A stretch of DNA of 64,000 nucleotides from a virus (lineage: Duplodnaviria; Caudoviricetes). A model generated the notes under the pieces. The model was not told the DNA's origin. It was given only the letters and a program-made list of their open reading frames with translations, and did no database searches. A program made the position numbers and the translations under genes. Shown piece by piece: positions 48,095 to 57,206 of this stretch (its first letter is position 1; every line of letters begins with the position of its first letter). The stretch spans positions 96,762 to 160,761 of the IMG/VR virus record IMGVR_UViG_3300013121_000026; one strand, given 5' to 3'.

Positions 48095-48685
48095 ATGAAA
48101 ATGAAGTGGGGAATTTCAGTTGCAGTAGCAATCATATTGGCATTGTTCGCTATGGCTAAGTACAACACGTTTGTTGGGCTTGAAGAAAAGGTCAATCAGA
48201 CTTATTCCCAAGTTCAAAACGTTATGCAACGCCAAGCGGATCTGATTCCAAATCTAGTTGAGACTGTGAAGGGCTATGCTGCTCACGAAAACAAGACATT
48301 TACTATGGTTGCAGAGGCAAGAAGCAAACTAACCGCAGTTGGAAAGATGGACCCTGCGAAACTTGCAAATGATCCGGAACTACAAAAGAAGCTAATTGAA
48401 GCCCAGCAAGCGGCTAATCAGGCAATGATTAGCCTAAATGCAGTTAAGGAAGCATATCCTCAGTTACAAGCGAATGAAAACTTTAAGTCTCTAATGGCAG
48501 AACTAGCAGGTTCACAGAACAGAATTACTGTGGAACGAATGGCTAATCAAAAGGCTGTTCAGGAATACAACCAAACTGTTAGGGTTGTTCCTGGTGCATT
48601 AGTTGCTGGTCTGTTTGGTTTTAAAACTAAGCCGTATTTCCAAGCAGATGATGGCGCTCAAAAGGCTCCTCAGGTAAAGTTCTAA
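48095..48685 (+). CDS. lemA: LemA family protein
   Basis: N-terminal TM; QRQADLIPNLVETVKGYAAHE, EAYPQLQANENF, NRI. Confidence 0.93.
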   Translation: MKMKWGISVAVAIILALFAMAKYNTFVGLEEKVNQTYSQVQNVMQRQADLIPNLVETVKGYAAHENKTFTMVAEARSKLTAVGKMDPAKLANDPELQKKLIEAQQAANQAMISLNAVKEAYPQLQANENFKSLMAELAGSQNRITVERMANQKAVQEYNQTVRVVPGALVAGLFGFKTKPYFQADDGAQKAPQVKF

Positions 48686-48688
48686 AAA

Positions 48689-49582
48689 ATGAAAAAACTA
48701 TTATTGGTACTATGGACTATAGCTTTGGTAACGTCAGCAAACGCTCAAGTCCCCGCTCTCACTGGCAGAGTTAATGATTACGCCAAAATCTTAACTCAAT
48801 CACAAATAGCGGAAATCAACACCAAATTACAGCAACTTGAAGCAAAGGGTGATAAACAGCCTCAAATTGTTATTTTGACTACACCCGATCTTAATGGTCA
48901 GGCAATTGAACAGTATTCAATTGAAGTAGCTAAAGAATGGAAAATTGGGCACAAAGAAAAGAACAATGGTATTTTAATTGTCATTGCTCCCAAGGAAAGA
49001 AGAGCTAGAATTGAAGTTGGCTATGGTCTAGAAGGAAACATTCCGGACAGTGTTGCTTCTAGCGCTATTGATAAAATGAAACCATTGCTTAAAAAAGGCA
49101 ATGAAAAATGGGATCAAGCAATTATTGCGAGTATTGACTTTTTATCAGGCAGATTTGATGAACCAGAAGTTAAAGAAAACGCTACCTCAAATTCAAGGGG
49201 TATTGCAGCACTATTTTTGCTTCTAGGTGGTATCGCTTTCGTTATTGGAGGAATAGTGGTGTTATTTAGAAATCTCAAGGCTAAAAGTCAAGCAAAATAT
49301 AGTCAAGCAAAATATAGACCTTATCCAGATTATGGTCATTATCCACCAACTGGAATGGCCCCGGATACAAATAAGTCGATCTATGATCCAATAAATAAAA
49401 GAACAGCACCTAAAAAATCACGTGATAGTGATTTTGCAACTGGAGCGATTATGGGTAGCAGTTTATCAAGTTCAAGTAAATCCTCTGACTCGAGTTCATC
49501 AGACTCATGGTCTTCATCCTCAGATTCTTGGTCGAGTGGCGGTGGTGATTTTGGAGGCGGCGGAGCAAGTGGTGATTTTTAA
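48689..49582 (+). CDS. TPM-domain membrane protein
   Basis: Signal peptide; GRVNDYA, NGILIVIA, RIEVGYGLEG; Ser-rich tail ending GGGDFGGGGASGDF. Confidence 0.92.
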   Translation: MKKLLLVLWTIALVTSANAQVPALTGRVNDYAKILTQSQIAEINTKLQQLEAKGDKQPQIVILTTPDLNGQAIEQYSIEVAKEWKIGHKEKNNGILIVIAPKERRARIEVGYGLEGNIPDSVASSAIDKMKPLLKKGNEKWDQAIIASIDFLSGRFDEPEVKENATSNSRGIAALFLLLGGIAFVIGGIVVLFRNLKAKSQAKYSQAKYRPYPDYGHYPPTGMAPDTNKSIYDPINKRTAPKKSRDSDFATGAIMGSSLSSSSKSSDSSSSDSWSSSSDSWSSGGGDFGGGGASGDF

Positions 49583-49594
49583 TAAGGAGAATTA

Positions 49595-50569
49595 ATGGAA
49601 ATACGTCTAAATTGGGATGAACTAAGAAAGTATAAGTTATTTTTTGGTACTCCGTGTTATGGTAGCGTTTGTAATGCAAGTTTTGCTCAGTCACTAACAA
49701 ATTTATCTTCGCTATGTACGCAGCATGGAATTATGCTGCAAATCTATTTGTTAAATAACGAAAGTTTAATTACTAGAGCTAGAAATTATATTTGTGATGC
49801 ATTCCTTAGAAGTGAATGCACTCACATGATATTCGTTGACGCTGATGTTGGTTTTAATGCAATGGATGTAATTGCATTGTTAGCATTGCAAACACAAAAT
49901 AAAGAATATGACATCATTGGTGCAGCTTATCCGAAGAAGACGATTGCTTGGGAGAAGGTCAAGCAAGCCGCAGATAAAGGATTTGGCGACAATAATCCAG
50001 CAGATCTATCAAAGTTTGTTGGTGACTTTGTTTTAAATCCATTACCCGGAAAAGAACAGATTAATTTATTTGAACCCGCCCAAGTGCTTGAAATTGGCAC
50101 TGGATTTATGATGTTTCCTAAGGATACATTATTAAAGTTCAAGGAAGCATTTCCACAATATATGTATCGCCCTGATCATGTTAGATCTGCTGATTTTGAT
50201 GGTTCAAGAGAAATCATGCAATTTTTCCAAGCGGAGATAGACACTGTAGATTATGGTGTTGAATATCGCAATGGTCTTGAAAAAATTAAGCAACTAAAAG
50301 ACTCAAGCGATGTTACTTCTGAAGTTGAAAAAATTTACAAGGAAGTTGAAGAAAAAGCAGCCAAGAAGTCCAAGAGATATCTCTCTGAAGATTATTGGTT
50401 CAGCCAACGAGCCTTGGAACTAGGACTAAAGACATGGGTCTGCCCATGGATGAAATTGTCACACACTGGAGCAATGGTATTCGAGGGGTCAATAGCTGAT
50501 CTAGCTAGTGCAGGTTTAGTTGCTACGGCGGATAATGCCCAAGTACAAAAAATGAAGGGAAATAAGTAA
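49595..50569 (+). CDS. GT-A-type glycosyltransferase-like protein
   Basis: TPCYG, ESLITRARN, FVDAD (DxD), GTGFMM, LSEDYWF. Confidence 0.7.
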   Translation: MEIRLNWDELRKYKLFFGTPCYGSVCNASFAQSLTNLSSLCTQHGIMLQIYLLNNESLITRARNYICDAFLRSECTHMIFVDADVGFNAMDVIALLALQTQNKEYDIIGAAYPKKTIAWEKVKQAADKGFGDNNPADLSKFVGDFVLNPLPGKEQINLFEPAQVLEIGTGFMMFPKDTLLKFKEAFPQYMYRPDHVRSADFDGSREIMQFFQAEIDTVDYGVEYRNGLEKIKQLKDSSDVTSEVEKIYKEVEEKAAKKSKRYLSEDYWFSQRALELGLKTWVCPWMKLSHTGAMVFEGSIADLASAGLVATADNAQVQKMKGNK

Positions 50570-50572
50570 ACG

Positions 50573-51370
50573 ATGTCTTTTTGGGATGAACAAAGGATTA
50601 AATTTAAACAAAAACTTGCTACTGGTAACATGGAAGAATTTAAAACATGGGATGAAGTTCGAGCAGTTCCTTTGTATCATCCTAATGAGCTTTATGAACA
50701 ATATCTTCAAGATAACCTTTTGCTTTTGAAAACTTTGTATTGGTGGCAAGAAGTTTTTAATATGGGAGAACCAAAAGTTGGTCATACCGAGCAGTCATAC
50801 CAACAGGTAGTGAGACAGTATAATGGCATTGAAACAACTGCTTGGGCGCAGAAGTCGTTGCATCATTGCTTACAATTTGAAGCATTAATGCCGTATGGTA
50901 CTAATATCACCAATTACGATAATATCATTGAATTTGGTGCTGGTATTGGCGATACAGCTAGAACAATTTTTAATAAAGGATTTCGCGGAAGATACCATAT
51001 AATTGATCTGCCGGAAATACACCAAATCTCTAAATATTACATATCAAATGTACATAGGGGAGCGGATGTTTCAACATATGACAGTGTTGAGAACTTGCCA
51101 TTTCTTCCGGGCAAAAATCTGTTCATTGCAACTTGGTCTCTATCAGAAGTTGATTTTGCACTTAGAGAAAAAATTGCTAGATACCTAAAAGGCGCAGACT
51201 GTCTGATTGTTTTTCAAAATCAAATTTTTGGTAGAAACAATGTTGATTACTTTTTGTTTCAGTGGCCACAATTGTTTGATGTGTTCGTGCGATTGAGATA
51301 TCTAGAATTTCACAAAGGCGATGGTGGTAACTTTTATCTAGTTGGCAAAAACTTGACATCTAACAAATAA
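50573..51370 (+). CDS. SAM-dependent methyltransferase-like protein
   Basis: IIEFGAGIG, YHIIDLPE, ATWSLSE. Confidence 0.7.
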   Translation: MSFWDEQRIKFKQKLATGNMEEFKTWDEVRAVPLYHPNELYEQYLQDNLLLLKTLYWWQEVFNMGEPKVGHTEQSYQQVVRQYNGIETTAWAQKSLHHCLQFEALMPYGTNITNYDNIIEFGAGIGDTARTIFNKGFRGRYHIIDLPEIHQISKYYISNVHRGADVSTYDSVENLPFLPGKNLFIATWSLSEVDFALREKIARYLKGADCLIVFQNQIFGRNNVDYFLFQWPQLFDVFVRLRYLEFHKGDGGNFYLVGKNLTSNK

Positions 51371-51381
51371 GCAATTACAAT
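51353..51381 (+). promoter_or_regulatory. Sigma70-type promoter for the 45-44-62-regA block
   Basis: TTGACA-17 bp-TACAAT. Confidence 0.7.
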
Positions 51382-51414
51382 AACCTATTGAATTTAAACA
51401 TTATTTTTTGAGGA

Positions 51415-52116
51415 GTGACTATGAATTTTTCTAAAAAGACAATTGATATCCTAACTAACTTTTCCACTATTAATAAGTCAATCTTGTTTCGCAAAGGAAC
51501 TGAACTAAAGACAATTTCCGAAAGCAAGAGCGTGTTTGCTAGAGCAACAATTAGTGAAAAACTTCCGAAGGAATTTGCTATTTATGATCTGCCGAGATTG
51601 CTCGGCGTAATTTCGTTGTTTGTTGATCCTGATTTTGATTTTGCAGAAGATGCTATTAAAATTAAGGAAGGAAAGAAAACGCTCAAGTACAAGTTCACTG
51701 AGCCGTCAATGATTATTTCTCCTTCTCAAAAAGATCCCGATCTAGGCAAAGCATTCTTTAAGTTTGATCTTTCAAAGGATCTTCTAATTAATCTAACCAA
51801 GACTTTAGGCGTTATGCAATTTCCTAGCCTTATTTTTGTGGGGAATGATGACAAGTTGTCCTTACAATGTGCTGATCCAGAGAAAAGAGTTGGTGATGAA
51901 TCAACTGAGGATTATTACAGTGTGGATGTTGATGCTGAAAAGGTAACAGGCGAATTTAACGTTTTAGTTAAGCAGGAATATATTAACCTGCTGTATAAGG
52001 ACAATTATGTTGTATCCGGATATAAAATTAAAGCAGCCAATGAAATTGTTGTGATTGAATTTGCTTCGGATAACATCACCTATCTAGTTGTTTCAGACGT
52101 GGGAACCAAAGCCTAA
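51415..52116 (+). CDS. 45: Sliding clamp gp45
   Basis: SKKTIDILTNFSTINKSI, FAIYDL; synteny with 44 and 62. Confidence 0.92.
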   Translation: MTMNFSKKTIDILTNFSTINKSILFRKGTELKTISESKSVFARATISEKLPKEFAIYDLPRLLGVISLFVDPDFDFAEDAIKIKEGKKTLKYKFTEPSMIISPSQKDPDLGKAFFKFDLSKDLLINLTKTLGVMQFPSLIFVGNDDKLSLQCADPEKRVGDESTEDYYSVDVDAEKVTGEFNVLVKQEYINLLYKDNYVVSGYKIKAANEIVVIEFASDNITYLVVSDVGTKA

Positions 52117-52133
52117 TAATGGAGTTCTAAATT

Positions 52134-53072
52134 ATGAGTGATGATTTCCTATGGACAGAGAAATATCGTCCATCCAAAATTGATGACACTATCCTGCCTG
52201 TTAAGATTAAAGAAACACTAAAGGAATTTGTTAAGCAACAAAAAGTTCCAAACATTATTTTAACAGGCCCGCCGGGAACAGGCAAAACAACTGCTGCTAG
52301 AGCGATGCTGGATGAAATTGGTGCGGAATACATTGTCATCAATGCATCGTTGAATCGTAACATCGACACTCTCAGAAATGAAATTGCTAATTATGCGTCA
52401 TCAGTGTCTTTTACTGGTGGGCGTAAATATGTGATACTTGATGAGTCAGATTATTTGAACCCACAATCATTTCAGCCTGCTCTTCGTAATTTTATGGAGA
52501 AGTTTGCTAAGAATTGCGGGTTCATTCTTACTGCAAATTTCCTCAACAAAATCATTGAGCCGTTGCACTCCAGATGTTCTATTATAGAGTTTGTTATTAA
52601 TGACAACGAGAAAACAAAGATAGCATCTCAGTTTCTAAAGCGCCTTTGTCAAGTTCTAGAGAAAGAAGGAGTTGATTACGACAAGGCTACATTAGCAGCA
52701 CTTATTGAAAAATACTTTCCTGATTGGCGACGTGTTATTAATGAGTGTCAACGTTATAGTGTAACTGGAAAAATTGATAGTGGTATTCTAACCGAATTTA
52801 GAGAACATTCCATTGCTGAACTTGTTCAAAACATGAAAGAAAAAAACTTTACTTTAGTTCGACAGTGGGTTGCTGATAACCTTAGTAATGATTCTGAAGT
52901 AATTTTTCATGAATTTTATGATCAAGCAGATCAGTTCTTTACGAAATCGTATATTCCAGAATTAGTTCTGTTATTAGCAAAATATCAATATCAAGCAAGC
53001 ATGGTAACTGACCCAGAAATTAATCTAGCAGCGTTCTTTGTTGAAGTGATGATGGGTGCTCAGTGGAAGTAG
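52134..53072 (+). CDS. 44: Clamp loader ATPase gp44
   Basis: LWTEKYRP, GPPGTGKT, ILDESD, SRC, FPDWRR. Confidence 0.96.
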   Translation: MSDDFLWTEKYRPSKIDDTILPVKIKETLKEFVKQQKVPNIILTGPPGTGKTTAARAMLDEIGAEYIVINASLNRNIDTLRNEIANYASSVSFTGGRKYVILDESDYLNPQSFQPALRNFMEKFAKNCGFILTANFLNKIIEPLHSRCSIIEFVINDNEKTKIASQFLKRLCQVLEKEGVDYDKATLAALIEKYFPDWRRVINECQRYSVTGKIDSGILTEFREHSIAELVQNMKEKNFTLVRQWVADNLSNDSEVIFHEFYDQADQFFTKSYIPELVLLLAKYQYQASMVTDPEINLAAFFVEVMMGAQWK

Positions 53073-53443
53073 AACCTACTTTATGGGATCTAGTTAATTC
53101 TATTTACAATGGGTCCTATCAAACAAATATTAAAAATTATGATTCCTTTGTAGTTAACAAGGCACTGTCACAACAAGTTGATTGTGTCCTGTTTGCCAAT
53201 GAGATAAATATTAATGATCGTTATTTAACTAATCGTCAGAAGTATGATTTTTATTATTACGGAATTAATAAAAAGAAGAGACCTTATGTTAAGTGGGCAA
53301 AACAGAATATCACTAATGATCTAAAAGTGATCATGGAGTATTACAATTGTTCATTCAAGCGTGCTCAACAATACGAAAGACTATTGGATGATGATCAGAT
53401 TAAAAAAATAAAAACAATGCTTGAAAGTAAAAAGGGAAAGTGA
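53063..53443 (+). CDS. 62: Clamp loader subunit gp62
   Basis: FVVNKALS, ANEIN, KYDFYY, YYNCS. Confidence 0.88.
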   Translation: MEVEPTLWDLVNSIYNGSYQTNIKNYDSFVVNKALSQQVDCVLFANEININDRYLTNRQKYDFYYYGINKKKRPYVKWAKQNITNDLKVIMEYYNCSFKRAQQYERLLDDDQIKKIKTMLESKKGK

Positions 53444-53444
53444 A

Positions 53445-53885
53445 ATGAGTGATTTATTTAAGGGTTATGGAGTAGAAATTGATTTAGTAATAGATCCTAC
53501 AAATCCAGATAAGGAAGCTGCTGGCAGAACGGCGTTTCTCAAGGTAAAAGAAACGTTGACTAGAATAGGTATTTCGTCTAAAAAAGATAAGAGTCTTTTC
53601 CAAACATGCCATATTTTTCATAAGCAAGGTCATTATGCTATAATGCATTTTAAGGAGATGTTTGCTTATGATGGTAGAAGCACGAATTTTAGCGAAGATG
53701 ATAAGGCTAGACGAAACACAATTGTTAACAGATTAGTCGAGTGGAATTTAGTTAAACTAAAAGGAAAGCAGCAATTGTCCCCTGTTGCTCCAGGATCTTA
53801 TATTAAGATCATTAAATTTGAGGAAAAGGAATTCTGGAACTTAGAGCAGAAATATAACGTGGGGCGTAAAATTAAAGAAACGTAA
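53445..53885 (+). CDS. regA: Translational repressor RegA
   Basis: FLKVKETLTRIGI, QTCHIFHKQG, HFKEMF, RRNTI. Confidence 0.95.
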   Translation: MSDLFKGYGVEIDLVIDPTNPDKEAAGRTAFLKVKETLTRIGISSKKDKSLFQTCHIFHKQGHYAIMHFKEMFAYDGRSTNFSEDDKARRNTIVNRLVEWNLVKLKGKQQLSPVAPGSYIKIIKFEEKEFWNLEQKYNVGRKIKET

Positions 53886-54639
53886 TATCTAAACTTTTAA
53901 GTTGTATTTTTGTATATCCTGTATTTCTTAAGAAATTTGCTATAGATGGATATTTTATATTCTTAAATAAGATTTTTTTACCTTTAAAATTATTGTGGAG
54001 TTTATTAGAATAAAATATTAATTTACTTCGTCTTTCTTTCGACCAAGGTTTATATTTTCGTGCTTTTGATTTTTTACCAATTTTTTCTCGATGACTTTGA
54101 GAAAATGGAAGTCTGCCTTTAGTGAATTCTGCCCCAGGACACTTGAAGCTGAATTTTTCTATTTTTCCGTTATTCCAAATTTTTTTGCCTATATTACTTT
54201 TGTGTTTTCCTATCAAAGCATTTCTTATTTTTATACGAGTTTCAGTAGAATGAGAAATTCCTTTATTCCATGGAATTTTCCCCTTTCTAGCTAAGCTCAT
54301 TTTATTTTTCGCTTGTTGAGTATGACCAGAATTAAAAAATTTGATATTATCTATATGTTGATTTAACCATCTTATATTTTTTGTTACATTTAATTTTAAC
54401 AAAATTTTCTTTTCACAGCGTAGAGTTTGCTCTTTAGTTTTAAAGATCATTCTAACTTCTATAATATCAGGCTCTCCGTGTTGTTTACGGAATTGTTCAA
54501 CAATCTTAGAAGATGTAAAATAAGTTACCCATAAATTATTTGGATTTGATTTTTTATTATACTGACAACCATAATACCAACGATCTAAATTAGACCATCC
54601 AATTAAATAAGTATAAGGTTGATAAATAGTATTTGACAT
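53872..54639 (-). CDS. GIY-YIG-type homing endonuclease, close paralog of 8802..9641
   Basis: Identical N-terminus MSNTIYQPYTYLIGWSNLDRWY; NUMOD3-like and WNNG repeats. Confidence 0.8.
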   Translation of the reverse strand: MSNTIYQPYTYLIGWSNLDRWYYGCQYNKKSNPNNLWVTYFTSSKIVEQFRKQHGEPDIIEVRMIFKTKEQTLRCEKKILLKLNVTKNIRWLNQHIDNIKFFNSGHTQQAKNKMSLARKGKIPWNKGISHSTETRIKIRNALIGKHKSNIGKKIWNNGKIEKFSFKCPGAEFTKGRLPFSQSHREKIGKKSKARKYKPWSKERRSKLIFYSNKLHNNFKGKKILFKNIKYPSIANFLRNTGYTKIQLKSLDITFL

Positions 54640-54710
54640 TTGCTGGCACTCCTTGTAAACTAAACTAGTGTTAGAGTCCGTGGCATTTGTCGATGCGCGA
54701 CGGACAATAT

Positions 54711-54718
54711 TATTTATA
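54711..54718 (-). promoter_or_regulatory. Late promoter for the nuclease
   Basis: TATAAATA on the minus strand. Confidence 0.7.
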
Positions 54719-54783
54719 GAAATAAAGGTTTAAACCAAATATAATATAGGCGGAAAGAAAAACATCTAACAAAAGGATACATT

Positions 54784-54960
54784 ATGGAACATTGGAATCG
54801 TTGTGATGTATGCGGTAAATTTATTTCTTTTGAATCTTTTGATGCTAAAGAAAATCCTGCTATTCGACGAATGTTAACTCCAGACAGTGAATTCACTAAA
54901 GAAGAATGGGAAACTCTTTGTCCTGAACACGCAAATTTAAGTCATGATATTTACAACTGA
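54784..54960 (+). CDS. 58-aa Zn-finger-like protein
   Basis: AAGGA RBS; CDVC...CPEH. Confidence 0.55.
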   Translation: MEHWNRCDVCGKFISFESFDAKENPAIRRMLTPDSEFTKEEWETLCPEHANLSHDIYN

Positions 54961-54971
54961 AAGGATACATC

Positions 54972-55895
54972 ATGGAACAGCCTACTCGTGGAATGAAAAA
55001 GAAGACAATTTCTAAAACTATCAATGCAAAAATTAAGGATTGGCTTGATTCAATTGACAAGGACAAGCAGGAACTGAAGGACAAAATCTATCAGAACATT
55101 GTAGTTACTGGTGGAGCAATTACTTCAATGTTGCTTGGTAACATGCCAAATGATTATGACGTTTATTTTACAGATAAATCTGTTGCTATTGAGGTTGCTA
55201 AATATTATCTATCTAAACTCCCAAAGGCTAAAAATCCTTTAATTGGTGATGTTCTTGTCCATGAAACGGATCATGGAATTGAAGTAGGAATTCGTTCTGC
55301 TGGTATTTTAGCTGATGATATTGATACTGGTAATTACCAATATTTTGAATTGCAGCCTATTGATAGTGCCGAGAAATATTTTGAAAAGTGGGCGTTCACA
55401 AAAAACGAAAAGCAGCCATATAAAGTTGCACACATCACGTCAAACGCTATTACACTATACGATGACATTCAAATTATTCTGAGGTTTGTAGGACAGCCGA
55501 GTGAAATTCATGATAATTTTGATTTCATTCATTGTTCCAATTACTGGACTGTTAAGGATGGCGTAGTATTAAATCAAGAAGCACTGGAAGCAACGCTAGC
55601 TAAGGAACTAAAGTATTCCGGTTCCAAATACCCAATCTGCTCCTTGTTTCGTCTGAGAAAGTTTATTAAACGTGGATGGTCAATTACTGCGGGTGAAATT
55701 TTTAAGATAGCATATGATATTAATAAGTTAGACTTGGATGACATTGCTGTATTAAGAGACCAGTTGGTTGGTGTTGATAGTGCATATTTTAATGAAGTGC
55801 TGTGGATTCTAAAAGATGATGTTAAAAACGGAAAAACTATCGATAGAACTTATTTGTTCGAGCTAATTAATCGAACATTTGAGGATGATATGTGA
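54972..55895 (+). CDS. Pol-beta-superfamily nucleotidyltransferase-like protein
   Basis: TGGAITS...NDYDVYF, FDFIHC, RLRKFIKRGW. Confidence 0.6.
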   Translation: MEQPTRGMKKKTISKTINAKIKDWLDSIDKDKQELKDKIYQNIVVTGGAITSMLLGNMPNDYDVYFTDKSVAIEVAKYYLSKLPKAKNPLIGDVLVHETDHGIEVGIRSAGILADDIDTGNYQYFELQPIDSAEKYFEKWAFTKNEKQPYKVAHITSNAITLYDDIQIILRFVGQPSEIHDNFDFIHCSNYWTVKDGVVLNQEALEATLAKELKYSGSKYPICSLFRLRKFIKRGWSITAGEIFKIAYDINKLDLDDIAVLRDQLVGVDSAYFNEVLWILKDDVKNGKTIDRTYLFELINRTFEDDM

Positions 55896-55905
55896 TTCTA
55901 ACTAG

Positions 55906-55934
55906 TTGACATCTAACGAGTTTTCGTATAGTAT
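55906..55934 (+). promoter_or_regulatory. Sigma70-type promoter
   Basis: TTGACA-17 bp-TAGTAT. Confidence 0.6.
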
Positions 55935-55984
55935 AATGCTTGGTTCAATTAGAACTATTTTCAAAACAAGGAGACTTAATAAGA

Positions 55985-56182
55985 ATGGCAAAGACTATGA
56001 CTGACAGGCTCGTTAGCCTACTTGAGAGCGGCAAGGAACTTACTTCTGCTCAGATTACTAGCCGAATCGGCCTTCAAAATCCTTCTTCAACTGTTGATCG
56101 TCTGCGTACACAGGGTTACAAGATTAACAGCAACAAGATTGAGACCAAGAAGGGTGTTGAATACCGTTACAGCATGATCTAA
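55985..56182 (+). CDS. Small winged-HTH DNA-binding protein
   Basis: LTSAQITSRIGLQNPSSTVDRLRTQGY. Confidence 0.7.
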   Translation: MAKTMTDRLVSLLESGKELTSAQITSRIGLQNPSSTVDRLRTQGYKINSNKIETKKGVEYRYSMI

Positions 56183-56211
56183 TTAAAATCTAATAATTCA
56201 ATCAAACTTAT

Positions 56212-56235
56212 AGCCACCGCTTCAGGTGGCTTTTT
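56212..56235 (+). terminator. Rho-independent terminator
   Basis: AGCCACC-gcttca-GGTGGCT followed by T run. Confidence 0.8.
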
Positions 56236-56236
56236 C

Positions 56237-56265
56237 TTGACTATCATGCTAAGATAAACTATAAT
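56237..56265 (+). promoter_or_regulatory. Sigma70-type promoter
   Basis: TTGACT-17 bp-TATAAT. Confidence 0.7.
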
Positions 56266-56296
56266 GCCATTTGTATTTTATTAATGGGAGCATCAT

Positions 56297-56455
56297 ATGG
56301 TCAAGGTAAAATATACAGTTACAACAGTTAATAATCGTTTAGAAAACAAAACGCGCAATTTTGATAGCGTTACTCAAGCACATGATTTCGTTAAGGAATT
56401 GATTTATCGTTTGGGTGAAGGCAAGCGACTAGTAGGAAAGCCGGTAATTGAATGA
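56297..56455 (+). CDS. 52-aa hypothetical protein
   Basis: GGAG RBS; ATGA-coupled to the next ORF. Confidence 0.55.
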   Translation: MVKVKYTVTTVNNRLENKTRNFDSVTQAHDFVKELIYRLGEGKRLVGKPVIE

Positions 56456-57039
56456 AAGTTAAGATTGGACCTTACTTAAATTTCTGGGGACCATATCAAA
56501 TTGCAGATTTGTTGCAATATGTAGGAGTTTCCGAGGAACGTTGTGATGACCTAGGCGCTTGGTTGGCGACTACATGGGTTAATAGATTCACTAACTGGAT
56601 CTATAACAATCGTCAGCGAACAATCAAAGTTCGTATTGATAATTATGATTTATGGGATATGGATAGTACATTAGCGAAGATTGTTTATCCGATGCTTTTA
56701 AAATTGAAAGAAAACAAGCCTGGATCACCACATGTTGATGATGAAGATGTTCCAGAGAATATTCGTTCTACAGCCGCTGCACCCAAAGAAAATGAATACG
56801 ATACTGATGAATTTTGGCATGATCGTTGGGATTATGTACTGGATGAAATGATTTGGGCATTTGAACAGATTAATAAAGGAAATTGGGAAGAAGAATTCTA
56901 TACTAATATGGATGGTGGTGTATATAAAAAATACGCTAGTGACTTTCGAATAGACAAAGAAGGAATGATGAAAACACAAAAAAGAATCACAAATGGTTTG
57001 ACACTGTTTGGAAAATATTATCAAGGGCTTTGGACATGA
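56452..57039 (+). CDS. Hypothetical phage protein
   Basis: 195-aa coupled ORF, ends LFGKYYQGLW. Confidence 0.7.
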   Translation: MKVKIGPYLNFWGPYQIADLLQYVGVSEERCDDLGAWLATTWVNRFTNWIYNNRQRTIKVRIDNYDLWDMDSTLAKIVYPMLLKLKENKPGSPHVDDEDVPENIRSTAAAPKENEYDTDEFWHDRWDYVLDEMIWAFEQINKGNWEEEFYTNMDGGVYKKYASDFRIDKEGMMKTQKRITNGLTLFGKYYQGLWT

Positions 57040-57200
57040 TAGAAATTATCAAAAATATTGCAGTTGGGTCCGTTGTAATGCTTTGTATGCTTTTAGTTTT
57101 GGGGATAGTAGTAAACTATCCCATCTTGTTATTGGTTATTATTGGATTGACTGGGTCGTATATTATTGGTATTATTATTAGAGAAGAATTATGGAAGTAA
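57036..57200 (+). CDS. 54-aa two-TM membrane protein
   Basis: Hydrophobic, ATGA-coupled. Confidence 0.5.
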   Translation: MIEIIKNIAVGSVVMLCMLLVLGIVVNYPILLLVIIGLTGSYIIGIIIREELWK

Positions 57201-57206
57201 TGAAAT

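Noticed and set aside
46326-48233. DGR template/variable repeat pair or pure assembly duplication
   Set aside because: Differences are not adenine-specific and include an indel; non-identical copies argue against a simple duplication artefact, although a strain chimera is not excluded.
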